Counted from the stretch's first letter, positions 1 through 9,132 are shown. The stretch: 37,499 nucleotides of DNA from Promethearchaeia archaeon (GCA_029856445.1 JAHQWY010000002.1:1-37499); one strand, 5' to 3'. Numbers and translations: made by a program. Notes: a model not told the origin generated them from the sequence alone.

Positions 1-534
1 AGGCATCGCTTTTTTTTTATCTACATGAGAAATAAGCTCAAAAACATCTTCGCGCAGTAAAGGTTCACCTCCCGTGAAGGCAATGATAGTTACACCCAAT
101 TTTTGTGCGTCGTCAATTAATTTTTTAGCCTCTTCTGTGGATAGTTCTTTTCTATCTTTCTTAAGATGCCTGCCGGCACTACAATGAACACATTTACATT
201 GACATTGATAAGTAATCGCGAAAGTCATCGCAACAGGAAAGGGATAAGGCATTAATTGTGATTTTATTAAACCTTTTAAAGCACGTATCATAGGACGACT
301 TCCTACTGGGGGAGCAAACGTATTAGCAACCATTTTTCCTTTCCATTTTCCAATATTATCATAATTTTTATAGAAATTAGCTTGTAAGAGTATCATAAAA
401 ATAAGACGATAAATCCTTAACTTATCAAGGAGAGGGTTGAGAAGACCAGTTCCTGCGACTTGACCATTTTCAAGCTTCTTATAACTAATGAGTTTTTGTC
501 CAAATAATTTCAAAAAAATGTGTTCTTCTTCCAT
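1..534 (-). CDS. Radical SAM domain protein, N-terminal 178 codons (rest of gene lies left of the window)
   Basis: Not in the ORF track because there is no stop inside the window. Minus-strand translation from ATG (534-532) reads MEEEHIFLKLFGQKLISYKK... and stays open to base 1. It contains CQCKCVHC (the CxxxCxxC radical-SAM cluster motif) followed by IAFTGGEPLL. Confidence 0.8.
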   Translation of the reverse strand, partial: MEEEHIFLKLFGQKLISYKKLENGQVAGTGLLNPLLDKLRIYRLIFMILLQANFYKNYDNIGKWKGKMVANTFAPPVGSRPMIRALKGLIKSQLMPYPFPVAMTFAITYQCQCKCVHCSAGRHLKKDRKELSTEEAKKLIDDAQKLGVTIIAFTGGEPLLREDVFELISHVDKKKAMP

Positions 535-730
535 AGACAGCTCTCACTTTTAGAAGCTTTATACTAAACGAGTTAATTTAGGAACTAATAAATCTTTCTA
601 ATGATAATTTTTTACTACTTAAATAATATTACTCTTAAATCTGATATATCAGTTTTCTAGATGTCCTTTAAAAATCAGGTTATAAACTTCACAAGATTCC
701 CTCAAAAAAGCTCTTATCTAAAAAATTATT

Positions 731-946
731 TTAACAATCACGTTTAAACATTACAAGAGCATTATGCGAACAGATCTCAACACATTTTCCGCATCCATCA
801 CATAAATTGGCATCAATTTTTGCCAATGATGATATAAATCCAATTACAGAGTATGGGATTGCACGTTTAGGGCAAAATTCGACACAAGCACCACAACCAA
901 TACAATTCTTAATATCTAGCTTAGCTATAATTGACGATTTTGTCAT
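731..946 (-). CDS. 2x[4Fe-4S] ferredoxin-type protein
   Basis: The 71-aa protein has two CxxCxxCxxxC motifs (CIGCGACVEFCP and CDGCGKCVEICS). It is on the same strand as, and upstream of, the radical SAM gene. Confidence 0.8.
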   Translation of the reverse strand: MTKSSIIAKLDIKNCIGCGACVEFCPKRAIPYSVIGFISSLAKIDANLCDGCGKCVEICSHNALVMFKRDC

Positions 947-1040
947 AAATAATGATCGTACTGTTCTAAGAATTAATTTAAAGGAACTTGATTATATTAA
1001 TGGAATATTTAGGACAAAAATTAAGTTTAATGTTATTGTC

Positions 1041-2093
1041 TTAATTGATAGAATCAAAACGCTTTGTCTCAGGAATCTCTAGTATAAAATCTGCCCCAAA
1101 AGTTAAAGCTGGTGTTAATGCACCTATTGGGGCAATATCGAATACTTTCTCTACAGATTGTACTCCTGCCACAGCAGTAAAATGATAAGATTCCATTGTT
1201 TCAAGCCAACCGTGCGCTTCCTCACCATCATTGTTATATACTGAAGCTGATATGTAACATCGAAAAGTATTGCGTTTAAATTCATCGGGGCCATGAATAT
1301 TTTCTTCAATCCATTTTTCAAGTTTTCTCTTAGATTCTTTATCTTCAAACATTTCTTCAGGTGAAATTCCAACAGAACCAAGCAGGTTATTGAATTTCTT
1401 TGGTAAAGGAAAGTATGTAGTTATATTCGGTATGCCTGTTGTTCGGTAAGCAGTTGATAAATCCCCCCATGTAACTGGTCTTACTATTCGTTCTTTATCA
1501 GAAAACTTTATCTTTCGGATTTCTTCATTTTCAAGAGGGATAAGTTTTCCATTTCTTCTAACTAATTGTCCGATATTATAATGCTCTAACATAGTTTTAA
1601 GAGTTCCAGGACTTGGATTACTCATAGCTGTTATCCCAAGATCTAAAGATGTTGGTTCCACAACCTTTTCACTGACATATTTAGCTAAACAATCAGTAGG
1701 AACAACATCAAATCCAACTCCAGATATAATTGCAATTTCATTATCTTTTGCTTGGGTATTATATTCAAAATTCTGTTCAAAAACAGGGATTTCTCCCGTT
1801 ATATCAACATAATTTGTACTGGATTTTAAGCATGCTTTTACCATAGGCGCACTTGTATATTTAAAAGGACCAGCTGCATGAAATACTAAATCAAATTCTT
1901 CAAGAGTATTTATTAAATCATTTTCATTTTCTAAATCAAGTATAATATAATCTAAATTTAATCTTTCTGCTAATGGAATGAGTTTATTGGCAGAACGTCC
2001 AGCTAATACAGGAGAATGACCACGATCTTTTGCTTCTTGTGCTATCAAGCTTCCTGTATATCCATAAGCCCCATACAACATCCATGATTTCAT
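1041..2093 (-). CDS. Saccharopine dehydrogenase-like NAD(P)-binding oxidoreductase
   Basis: ATG start. N-terminal Rossmann motif LYGAYGYTGSLIAQEA. The overall layout (AGRSANKL..., HAAGPF, VDITGE) is typical of the saccharopine dehydrogenase / trans-acting enoyl reductase-like family. Confidence 0.75.
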   Translation of the reverse strand: MKSWMLYGAYGYTGSLIAQEAKDRGHSPVLAGRSANKLIPLAERLNLDYIILDLENENDLINTLEEFDLVFHAAGPFKYTSAPMVKACLKSSTNYVDITGEIPVFEQNFEYNTQAKDNEIAIISGVGFDVVPTDCLAKYVSEKVVEPTSLDLGITAMSNPSPGTLKTMLEHYNIGQLVRRNGKLIPLENEEIRKIKFSDKERIVRPVTWGDLSTAYRTTGIPNITTYFPLPKKFNNLLGSVGISPEEMFEDKESKRKLEKWIEENIHGPDEFKRNTFRCYISASVYNNDGEEAHGWLETMESYHFTAVAGVQSVEKVFDIAPIGALTPALTFGADFILEIPETKRFDSIN

Positions 2094-2244
2094 TTCTATT
2101 CAAATTTGAAAATGAGTATTTTAATTAATTCCTATCTTTATTGATCAATTTTATTAATTAATCTTTAAAGCTTATGCTTAATTATTAAAAACCACTCAAT
2201 TAAAAGCTTTAAATTCTAAATATTAAAAGTATTTACTAAGTTTT

Positions 2245-3129
2245 TCATTTATAAGTCTCTGCACCATAAGCCAATCTCTCATCTAATGAATAAGAAGAAT
2301 TATAATAACCAGAATCCAAAAATTTGACTAGTGTATTGAAGTAGGGATAATTTACATATAAAAAGGTAATAAACTGTTCAAAGTAATAATAGAATTTTCC
2401 ATACGGTATTTTGTAGTTATTAAATTCTTTATAATTTAAATGTAGTAAAATAAATTTTCCAAATTGCTCTTTATATCTTTTAGGAAAGAGTTTAAATATT
2501 TCAAATAGAAGAGTCTTATTAAATTTTAAATCTATAAATAGAATTAAATCTATTAAATCTCTTATTGTTTTATAATTAACCAAACTAGAAATCACTAATC
2601 TTTTTAATTGATCTAGAACATTTTTAATTAGAATGGGGCTTGCTTGTTCAAATAAACATTCCAATTCTCCTTTATTTAAAAAATCTAAATAATTATTATA
2701 TAAAAGAAATTGAATAGGGCCTAAATGCCCATTCTCAAATCTTTTTGCGATCTCTTCTTTAAATACTTTTTTGGCACGAAGATCTCCTACTTCTGTGAGT
2801 TTTTTAAGCAATGGAAAAGCCAAATTACTATGGATTAGGCATGAGTTATAATTATTTTCAGACCAAGCTTGTAAATTCGAACAATGTCCCCAAAATTGAA
2901 CTTTTGGGGAAATATTACTTACCATTCCACCTGAAAAATCATTATTTCTTTTTAACTTTAAAAAAGCGTCATCAATCGAATTAATCTCATCTAAACTATC
3001 CATTTCCTCTTTAGATATATTTATTAGAAGATATTTACATTTGATAAACAACTTATTATTTACATATATATTTGTCTTCTTGTTTTCTAATCTAAGCTCG
3101 AGATGGTCATTTATAAAAAATTTAAGCAT
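2245..3129 (-). CDS. Hypothetical protein (no recognisable motif)
   Basis: Long ORF with no competing ORF. The track start at 3132 is TTG and the next codon is ATG at 3129. The protein is rich in Asn/Lys/Phe/Tyr like its neighbours, and I recognise no family motif. Confidence 0.6.
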   Translation of the reverse strand: MLKFFINDHLELRLENKKTNIYVNNKLFIKCKYLLINISKEEMDSLDEINSIDDAFLKLKRNNDFSGGMVSNISPKVQFWGHCSNLQAWSENNYNSCLIHSNLAFPLLKKLTEVGDLRAKKVFKEEIAKRFENGHLGPIQFLLYNNYLDFLNKGELECLFEQASPILIKNVLDQLKRLVISSLVNYKTIRDLIDLILFIDLKFNKTLLFEIFKLFPKRYKEQFGKFILLHLNYKEFNNYKIPYGKFYYYFEQFITFLYVNYPYFNTLVKFLDSGYYNSSYSLDERLAYGAETYK

Positions 3130-3184
3130 CAAGAATTTATAGTATATCTAAGTTTTATTTCTATGTATTAGGAAGGAAAATATA

Positions 3185-3616
3185 TTGAAAAAGATTAAAT
3201 TTCATAAGAAAGAGATATTTAATATGGAAGAATTAAAAAAGGTTCTTTATAAGAGAATCCCTTTTTACTCGACGTTAGGTCTTGAACTAGTAGAGATAGG
3301 TAATGGAAGAGCTGCTTTTGAACTAATTATAAGAAAAGATTTAACTCAGAATAATAATGTTCATGGAGGTGTTATAGCATCTCTAATCGATTCTTCATGT
3401 GCTTGTGCTGCATTTTCATTAATACATCCTAATGGCTATATTACAACTATTGACTTACAAGTTGAATTTCTTAAACCTGTTTCTAAAGGACGGCTTTTAG
3501 CAAAGGCAAAATGTATTAAAAGTGGAAAAAATATATTTTTCTGTAAAGCTAAAGTCTGGAGTGAAGAAAATGAGCTAATAAGTACAGGTGGATCCCAACT
3601 ACTCAGGATTCCTTAA
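3185..3616 (+). CDS. PaaI/hotdog-fold acyl-CoA thioesterase
   Basis: HGGVIASLIDSSCACAA and the overall ~140-aa layout are typical of PaaI-family thioesterases. The TTG at 3185 is preceded by GGAAGGAAAA. An alternative ATG start lies at 3224. Confidence 0.7.
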   Translation: MKKIKFHKKEIFNMEELKKVLYKRIPFYSTLGLELVEIGNGRAAFELIIRKDLTQNNNVHGGVIASLIDSSCACAAFSLIHPNGYITTIDLQVEFLKPVSKGRLLAKAKCIKSGKNIFFCKAKVWSEENELISTGGSQLLRIP

Positions 3617-3671
3617 ATTAATTTTGATCAGTTTAATTGATCAATTAGTAAATCAAAAGAAAAATTACTAA

Positions 3672-4700
3672 TTAGACTTTAACCATCCATCCAAACTCAT
3701 CTTCTATTTCTAAATGTTGAATTCCTGTTAGGATTTCGTACAATTTTGTTGTAATTTCGCCGGGTTCTTTATTATTAAAAACTCGTTCTTTATTTTCTAA
3801 AGTAACCGAAGCTATAGGAGTAATAACTGCAGCGGTTCCTGAACAGAAAGCTTCACTACAACTCTGATCAAATAATTCTTTATAAGAAATATCCCTTTCT
3901 TCCACTTCTATTCCAAGCTTTTTTGATGCTAATTCCAAAATAGCTTCCCTTGTGATTCCTTCAAGTATTGTCCCTGTCTTTCTAGGAGTGGCTAATTTAC
4001 CATTTATTAATCCAAAAAAATTAGCTGCTCCGACTTCCTCTATAAATTCCATATTAACTGCATCTAGATATAAAATTTGGGAAAAGCCTCTAGATTTTGC
4101 TTCTTTTGCTGGTAGCATTGTTCCAGCATAATTACAGATTGTTTTTGTGGAACCAGTCCCTCCAGGTGCTGCTCTTGTATATTTTTTCGATATCTCTAAA
4201 CTAATACCTTTAAAACCTTCAGGGAAATATGGTCCAACAGGTACTGTAAAAATGATTAACTTGAATTCTTTTGCTGAAGTTACACCTAATATTGGTCCAT
4301 TCCCAAATAACATAGGTCGAATATATAAAGCGCCCCCACTATCGTGAGGAGGAATGTAATCTTCATTCGCCTTCACTACCTTTTTAATTGCGTCAACAAA
4401 TTTGTCAATTTTATACTCTGGCATTAGCATTCTTTTAGCGCTTTGATTGAATCTTTTTCCATTTTCGCTTGGTTTAAATAAGGTAATCTCTCCAGATTTT
4501 GTTTTTAGAGCCTTCATACCTTCAAAAATTCCTTGTCCATAATTTAATACACATGCCGCAGGAGAAATTTCAATATTACCAAAGGGTACAAGTTTTCCTT
4601 CATCCCATTTACCATCTTTAAAATCAGAAATAAACATACTCCTTGTTTCAATAAACTCAAACCCTAATGAGTAAAAATCAATATTTTTGGGATCTACCAT
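3672..4700 (-). CDS. ilvE: Branched-chain amino acid aminotransferase (fold-type IV, long form)
   Basis: Motifs YGQGIFEGMKA (PLP lysine region), GGALYIRP, GGTGSTKTICNYA, EEVGAANFF and GITR. The track start at 4709 is TTG; I prefer the ATG at 4700 (MVDPKN...). Confidence 0.85.
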   Translation of the reverse strand: MVDPKNIDFYSLGFEFIETRSMFISDFKDGKWDEGKLVPFGNIEISPAACVLNYGQGIFEGMKALKTKSGEITLFKPSENGKRFNQSAKRMLMPEYKIDKFVDAIKKVVKANEDYIPPHDSGGALYIRPMLFGNGPILGVTSAKEFKLIIFTVPVGPYFPEGFKGISLEISKKYTRAAPGGTGSTKTICNYAGTMLPAKEAKSRGFSQILYLDAVNMEFIEEVGAANFFGLINGKLATPRKTGTILEGITREAILELASKKLGIEVEERDISYKELFDQSCSEAFCSGTAAVITPIASVTLENKERVFNNKEPGEITTKLYEILTGIQHLEIEDEFGWMVKV

Positions 4701-5030
4701 AATTATCAACTTCCAATTAAAACTTGTAAGAATTATATGAAAGGTTAATAAAAAATCTTTTTAACAAAAAAATCAACTAGTTCTAAATTAAGTTATTCAA
4801 TATTTCAGTATAAAAATCAATTTTAATATTATTTAATCTATTTAATAAAAAAAATCTTTAAAAAATAATACCTCGATAACTCATTTAATTATTAGAACTA
4901 TAACGGATTCTCCTTTTATTGATATAAATAAAATTATAAATTTGTATTTATAGTTATAATATATAAAAGCTTGAACATTTTCGAAAATTTAAAAAATATA
5001 TTAATGTGAAATGCAAAAAGAGGACCTGTG

Positions 5031-6701
5031 ATGGCTGAAGAATATGACTTTCTTTTTAAATCGATTGTTGTAGGAGATGGAGGTGTTGGAAAAACAGCTC
5101 TCACACTTCGATTCTCAAAAGGTTTTTTCACTGAAGATTATAAAATGACGATTGGCGTTGATTTTCATGTAAAAACGATTAATATTGATTCAAATGAGGG
5201 ACCAATTCGTGCGAAGCTCCAAATATGGGATACAGGGGGACAGGAACGTTTTAGTTCAATAAGACCAATGTATTACAGAGGGTCATTAGGAGCACTATTA
5301 ATATTTGATTTAACAAATTCTGCTAGTTTCGAACATCTACCTGGATGGATTGAAGAGGTTAGAGCTAATATAAAAACCGAGATTCCATTCCTGTTAGTTG
5401 GGAATAAAAGTGACTTAGTTGATCAGAGGGCAGTATCATTGAATGAAATCAACACATTTACCCGAGATTTTAATTTGTATTATATGGAAACTTCTGCAAA
5501 AACAGGAGAGGGTGTTGGTGATTGTTTCTATATTCTTGCTTGCTTAATGATAGGATCTGGGGTTCCAGATCAACTCATTTCCAATAATGTAGTATTTAGT
5601 CCTGGATTTATACCGATTACAAGTTCTGAAACCATTTTACCCACCTCAGATCAGGTACAGCCTGATTTTGAATTTTCTGCACCACCCGTTCCAGAACCTA
5701 CGACTATAACTACACAAGAGCCGGTGTCTTCATTTGAACCAGAACCAGAATTCGAATATGAGGCACCACCCGTTCCAGAACCTGCATCTATGAAGGTCTC
5801 TGCTGCCAGCCCTTCTTTTGAGACAGAATTTGAGCCAGAAATACCAATTCCTGAATCCAAGATAGGAATTCAAGATGGTGGTTCGACAGATTTTGAATTT
5901 AAAACACCTGAAGAAATACTAGCTGAAGAAAAAACAGAAGAAGATAAAAGTTCAATATCTTTGCAAAGATCCCCCATAACACCAAAGGAAGAAATTTACA
6001 AACCTAAACCTGTTCCCTTTTCTTCAAAAATTCCCACTCCAGCACCGCCACCAGAAGGATTTCAACCTACTCAAACATCTGTAGAAAAATCTAATATACC
6101 ACCTACTCCTTTTCTTACATCACAAGGAGAACCTCAAACAAAATCTAATTCTTTAATGGATTATATGCCTGAACCAATTTATTCAAAAAAAGACCTGAAA
6201 AAACTAGAAAAACAGAAAAAGAAAGAAGAAAAGGAGAAGAAAATCCAAGAAGAAAAAGAAAAACAACAACAATTAATAGAAGATATGAAAAAAGCAAAAA
6301 AGGAAAAGAAAGAGAAATCTAAAAAAGAAAAGAAAGCGAAGGAAGAAATTCCAGTTACTCGTCCAGTTTCACCTAGTACTTCAATAAATTCACCATCTAG
6401 CGCTCCAACTCTTTTTCAAACCTTAACGCAGAAAGAAGATGAAACTGCTAAAGCTCAATCATCTCATTTCGTTCCTTTCAGCGAAAAAAAAGAATCACAG
6501 GTTCAAGAAACCAGTAGATTAAGAATAATTCCAAATGCAGCTGATATTGAAAGTAAATCAAGTAGTTTTACACCAATCCAACCAACACCGCAAGGTGAAG
6601 CTTCTAAATCAGGAAGTAAAGAGCTAATAATTTGTAAAAATTGTGGTGCTATACTTTCTTCTGATTATGCTTTTTGTAACAAGTGTGGTACAAGTATATA
6701 A
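5031..6701 (+). CDS. Rab-like small GTPase with long low-complexity tail and C-terminal zinc ribbon
   Basis: GTPase motifs are G1 GDGGVGKT, switch I YKMTIGVDF, G3 WDTGGQE, G4 GNKSDL and G5 ETSAK. Rab-family-like motifs are IGVDF, KLQIW, RFSSIR, YYRGS and LIFDLT. The tail has Pro/Glu repeats and a K/E-rich block, and ends in CKNC-x10-CNKC. The ATG at 5031 directly follows the GTG at 5028. Confidence 0.9.
   Translation: MAEEYDFLFKSIVVGDGGVGKTALTLRFSKGFFTEDYKMTIGVDFHVKTINIDSNEGPIRAKLQIWDTGGQERFSSIRPMYYRGSLGALLIFDLTNSASFEHLPGWIEEVRANIKTEIPFLLVGNKSDLVDQRAVSLNEINTFTRDFNLYYMETSAKTGEGVGDCFYILACLMIGSGVPDQLISNNVVFSPGFIPITSSETILPTSDQVQPDFEFSAPPVPEPTTITTQEPVSSFEPEPEFEYEAPPVPEPASMKVSAASPSFETEFEPEIPIPESKIGIQDGGSTDFEFKTPEEILAEEKTEEDKSSISLQRSPITPKEEIYKPKPVPFSSKIPTPAPPPEGFQPTQTSVEKSNIPPTPFLTSQGEPQTKSNSLMDYMPEPIYSKKDLKKLEKQKKKEEKEKKIQEEKEKQQQLIEDMKKAKKEKKEKSKKEKKAKEEIPVTRPVSPSTSINSPSSAPTLFQTLTQKEDETAKAQSSHFVPFSEKKESQVQETSRLRIIPNAADIESKSSSFTPIQPTPQGEASKSGSKELIICKNCGAILSSDYAFCNKCGTSI
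5679..5783 (+). repeat. In-frame direct repeat inside the GTPase tail (21-nt identical copies at 5679-5699 and 5763-5783)
   Basis: gcaccacccgttccagaacct occurs twice, encoding APPVPEP within FEFSAPPVPEP and FEYEAPPVPEP. Confidence 0.9.
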
Positions 6702-6704
6702 TCA

Positions 6705-6722
6705 TTTTTAATACATTTTTTT
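6705..6722 (+). terminator. Oligo-T tracts downstream of the GTPase gene (candidate archaeal terminator)
   Basis: T5 (6705-6709) and T7 (6716-6722) lie within about 20 nt of the TAA stop. Archaeal RNA polymerase terminates at oligo-dT runs. Such runs are common in AT-rich DNA, so support is weak. Confidence 0.3.
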
Positions 6723-6797
6723 ATTAAAACTTAAAATAAGAATTTAAATCCAAGATATAATACATTCCTTATTGTTAAAATTAATTATTTGGTTTAA

Positions 6798-7577
6798 TTA
6801 TAAGTCTTTTCCGCAAATTGGGCAAGTACTCCACATTTTCTTTATCTTAGAATTGCAATAAGTGCAAACTTTTAACTCAGGATCAATTTTAGTTTGAGGT
6901 TTACCAAAAATAGTCAAATTTTGTGCAGATTGCTTAGGAGCTCTAGTATCTGCGTTGGATTTAATCGGTCTCTGAGGAATAATTTTAGGTGGTTCAATCC
7001 TATTTCTGGTTAAATAACTTTCTGATTTTTGAGGTTCAACTGTAGTTCTAGAGTATTGTTGAGGTTGAATCTGAGATTCCTTGATTTTCTCTGTAAAAGC
7101 TTTTTTTTCACTTTCAATAGGTTTCTCTTCAGGTTCTCCAAGAGATACGCCCACTTTATAATAATAATATTTATTATCATTATTTTCAATTATTCGTTCT
7201 CCATTCTCTAAATAAACTTCAATATAATAAATGATAACAGAACCAGCAGGAATTTCATCAATTTCAGCTATGTAATAATCCATCTTAGCATCCATAGGCA
7301 TTTGATACCATGATTTTCCTTGATCAGCACTAAAAATCAAAATTACATTAAATATAGCTCTAGGAAAATCTTCTTCAGTAATCTTTACTACAATCTTTAT
7401 TGTTTTCTTTTGATCCTCTAGAGCACTTGAAAATGCCTGTGCTTCCATTTCATCCCAAGCTGCACCACATTTTGGGCAATTTGTAAACCAATTAGGATAT
7501 TCAAAACCACATTTAGAACAATTTTTAGTAAAATATCGAGTTGTTTTTATCCCTAATGATTTTTTTTCTTTCCCCAT
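6798..7577 (-). CDS. Double zinc-ribbon protein with central beta-rich domain and Pro/Gln-rich linker
   Basis: N-terminal CSKC-x10-CPKC and C-terminal CTYC-x10-CPIC. The central segment is KIVVKITEEDF...YYIEVYLENGERI. ATG start at 7577. Confidence 0.75.
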   Translation of the reverse strand: MGKEKKSLGIKTTRYFTKNCSKCGFEYPNWFTNCPKCGAAWDEMEAQAFSSALEDQKKTIKIVVKITEEDFPRAIFNVILIFSADQGKSWYQMPMDAKMDYYIAEIDEIPAGSVIIYYIEVYLENGERIIENNDNKYYYYKVGVSLGEPEEKPIESEKKAFTEKIKESQIQPQQYSRTTVEPQKSESYLTRNRIEPPKIIPQRPIKSNADTRAPKQSAQNLTIFGKPQTKIDPELKVCTYCNSKIKKMWSTCPICGKDL

Positions 7578-7813
7578 ATTACTAAATCAAACTTTTTGAA
7601 ATTAAACTCCCAAATAAATTTTTACTAAATATTAAATAGTAAAACGTACTAAATATATTTTTTTGTTGGTAGTGTGATTTAGAGCAGTACATTAGAAATA
7701 ATACTGATTTGGATTTAAAAATTGAAAAGTCTAAAAAGTGAAATGGAAAGCCCTTTGAAATTTGTATATTTAAGAATAAAATCTCACAGTTAGAATATAT
7801 TTCTTAATTTAAC

Positions 7814-8992
7814 TTAACAAATTTTTAATTTTTTCACAATATCTTCTAGATCCTTGAGAAAATTTTTCAAATGAATTTTCTGAACATGAGGCATTAACAC
7901 AACTCTTATTAAATTAAACTCTTCGAACTTTCCTGTCATCCAATTCCTTTTTCGCAATTCTTCATCGATCTCACATATTGACTCTCCGTCTTTGGTCGTA
8001 ATACCTACAATGTTAATGATAGGTTCTGATGCTATTTTAAGCCCTTTAATTTCCGCAATTCTATTTTTTAGATAATTGGTATTATCCATACATTTTTTAA
8101 CAATTTTATTAAACCCATTTATCCCTAAAGACTTTAAAATTGCCCAAAATGCAATAACTGTTCCACCAGGTCTTGTTCCAACAATTTGAAGATGTTTAAA
8201 ATTACCACCAGCTAAATAAGGGATTTCAAATCCAATTTTTTTCAAGATTGATTTATCCCGTACAAAAATTCCACCTGTAGGAATTATTCCCATTCCCATC
8301 TTATGTGGATCTGCTGTTATAGAATCAACAGATTTCACTGAAAAATCCCAGATAGGACTAGGAAGGTTCAAATTTTTTAAAAAAGGTAATACAAATCCAC
8401 CAAAAGCAGCATCTACATGAAAGAAGATATCCTTTCCATCCGTTAATTTGCCAATCTCTTCAATCGGGTCAACTAAACCTAAAGACGTGGTTCCTGCAAT
8501 CCCTACTACCCCACATGTGCTTTTGGTTATTAAAGATTCAAATTGGTTCATATCTAAAGTAAAATCCTCATTTAGATCTGCTTTTCGAAGTTTTATATCG
8601 AGTAAATCAGCTGCTTTATCAAATGAAATATGAGCGGACTTAGGTAAAACAACCTCAGGATTAGCTATATCAGGTCTTAATTTCTTAGCAATCCTCAATG
8701 CGATTAGATTTGCTTCTGAACCACCTGTAGTAAAAGTACCGATTATGTTTTTTCCTCCAAAAAGTTCACCTATCTCTGAAATTAATTCTTGCTCTAAAGC
8801 TGAAGTCGCCAAAAATAATCCAGGATCACCCAAGTTTTTAGATAAATATTTGTTATATATTTGTTTTCCAAATTCAAGGGGCTCTGTACACATTGATCCT
8901 AAAATTGAACCATCTTCATAAAGAAAATCACTTTTCAATTTTTCTTCAAGTATTTTCAATATTTTCTGTTTCTCTAAACCTTCTTCCAACAT
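7814..8992 (-). CDS. mfnA: PLP-dependent group II decarboxylase (MfnA-type tyrosine/aspartate decarboxylase)
   Basis: TTGGSEANL, HVDAAFGG and SITADPHKMG (PLP-lysine motif). The ~390-aa length is typical of archaeal MfnA. Confidence 0.8.
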   Translation of the reverse strand: MLEEGLEKQKILKILEEKLKSDFLYEDGSILGSMCTEPLEFGKQIYNKYLSKNLGDPGLFLATSALEQELISEIGELFGGKNIIGTFTTGGSEANLIALRIAKKLRPDIANPEVVLPKSAHISFDKAADLLDIKLRKADLNEDFTLDMNQFESLITKSTCGVVGIAGTTSLGLVDPIEEIGKLTDGKDIFFHVDAAFGGFVLPFLKNLNLPSPIWDFSVKSVDSITADPHKMGMGIIPTGGIFVRDKSILKKIGFEIPYLAGGNFKHLQIVGTRPGGTVIAFWAILKSLGINGFNKIVKKCMDNTNYLKNRIAEIKGLKIASEPIINIVGITTKDGESICEIDEELRKRNWMTGKFEEFNLIRVVLMPHVQKIHLKNFLKDLEDIVKKLKIC

Positions 8993-9132
8993 CTTTAGGG
9001 TAAAAAAGTATTAATCTTAGGTATTTATTCATAGTATTCCACAAAATAGAAAAATTCTACCAATTAAAATTTTTCAAAATATTCCTAAATTCGTAATATA
9101 AAAATTTACAATAAATATTGCTTAGATTATAA

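Noticed and set aside
2099-2213. Palindrome ttcaaatttgaa (2099-2110) and paired tttaaagctt / aagctttaaa words (about 2164-2213) between two minus-strand genes
   Set aside because: These are short AT-rich palindromes built around AAGCTT that are expected frequently at this composition. At most they form a weak terminator hairpin, and nothing supports more.
6687-6701. C-terminal CGTSI of the Rab-like protein as a possible CaaX prenylation box
   Set aside because: The cysteine is five residues from the end, not four, and it is the last ligand of a CxxC-x10-CxxC zinc ribbon.
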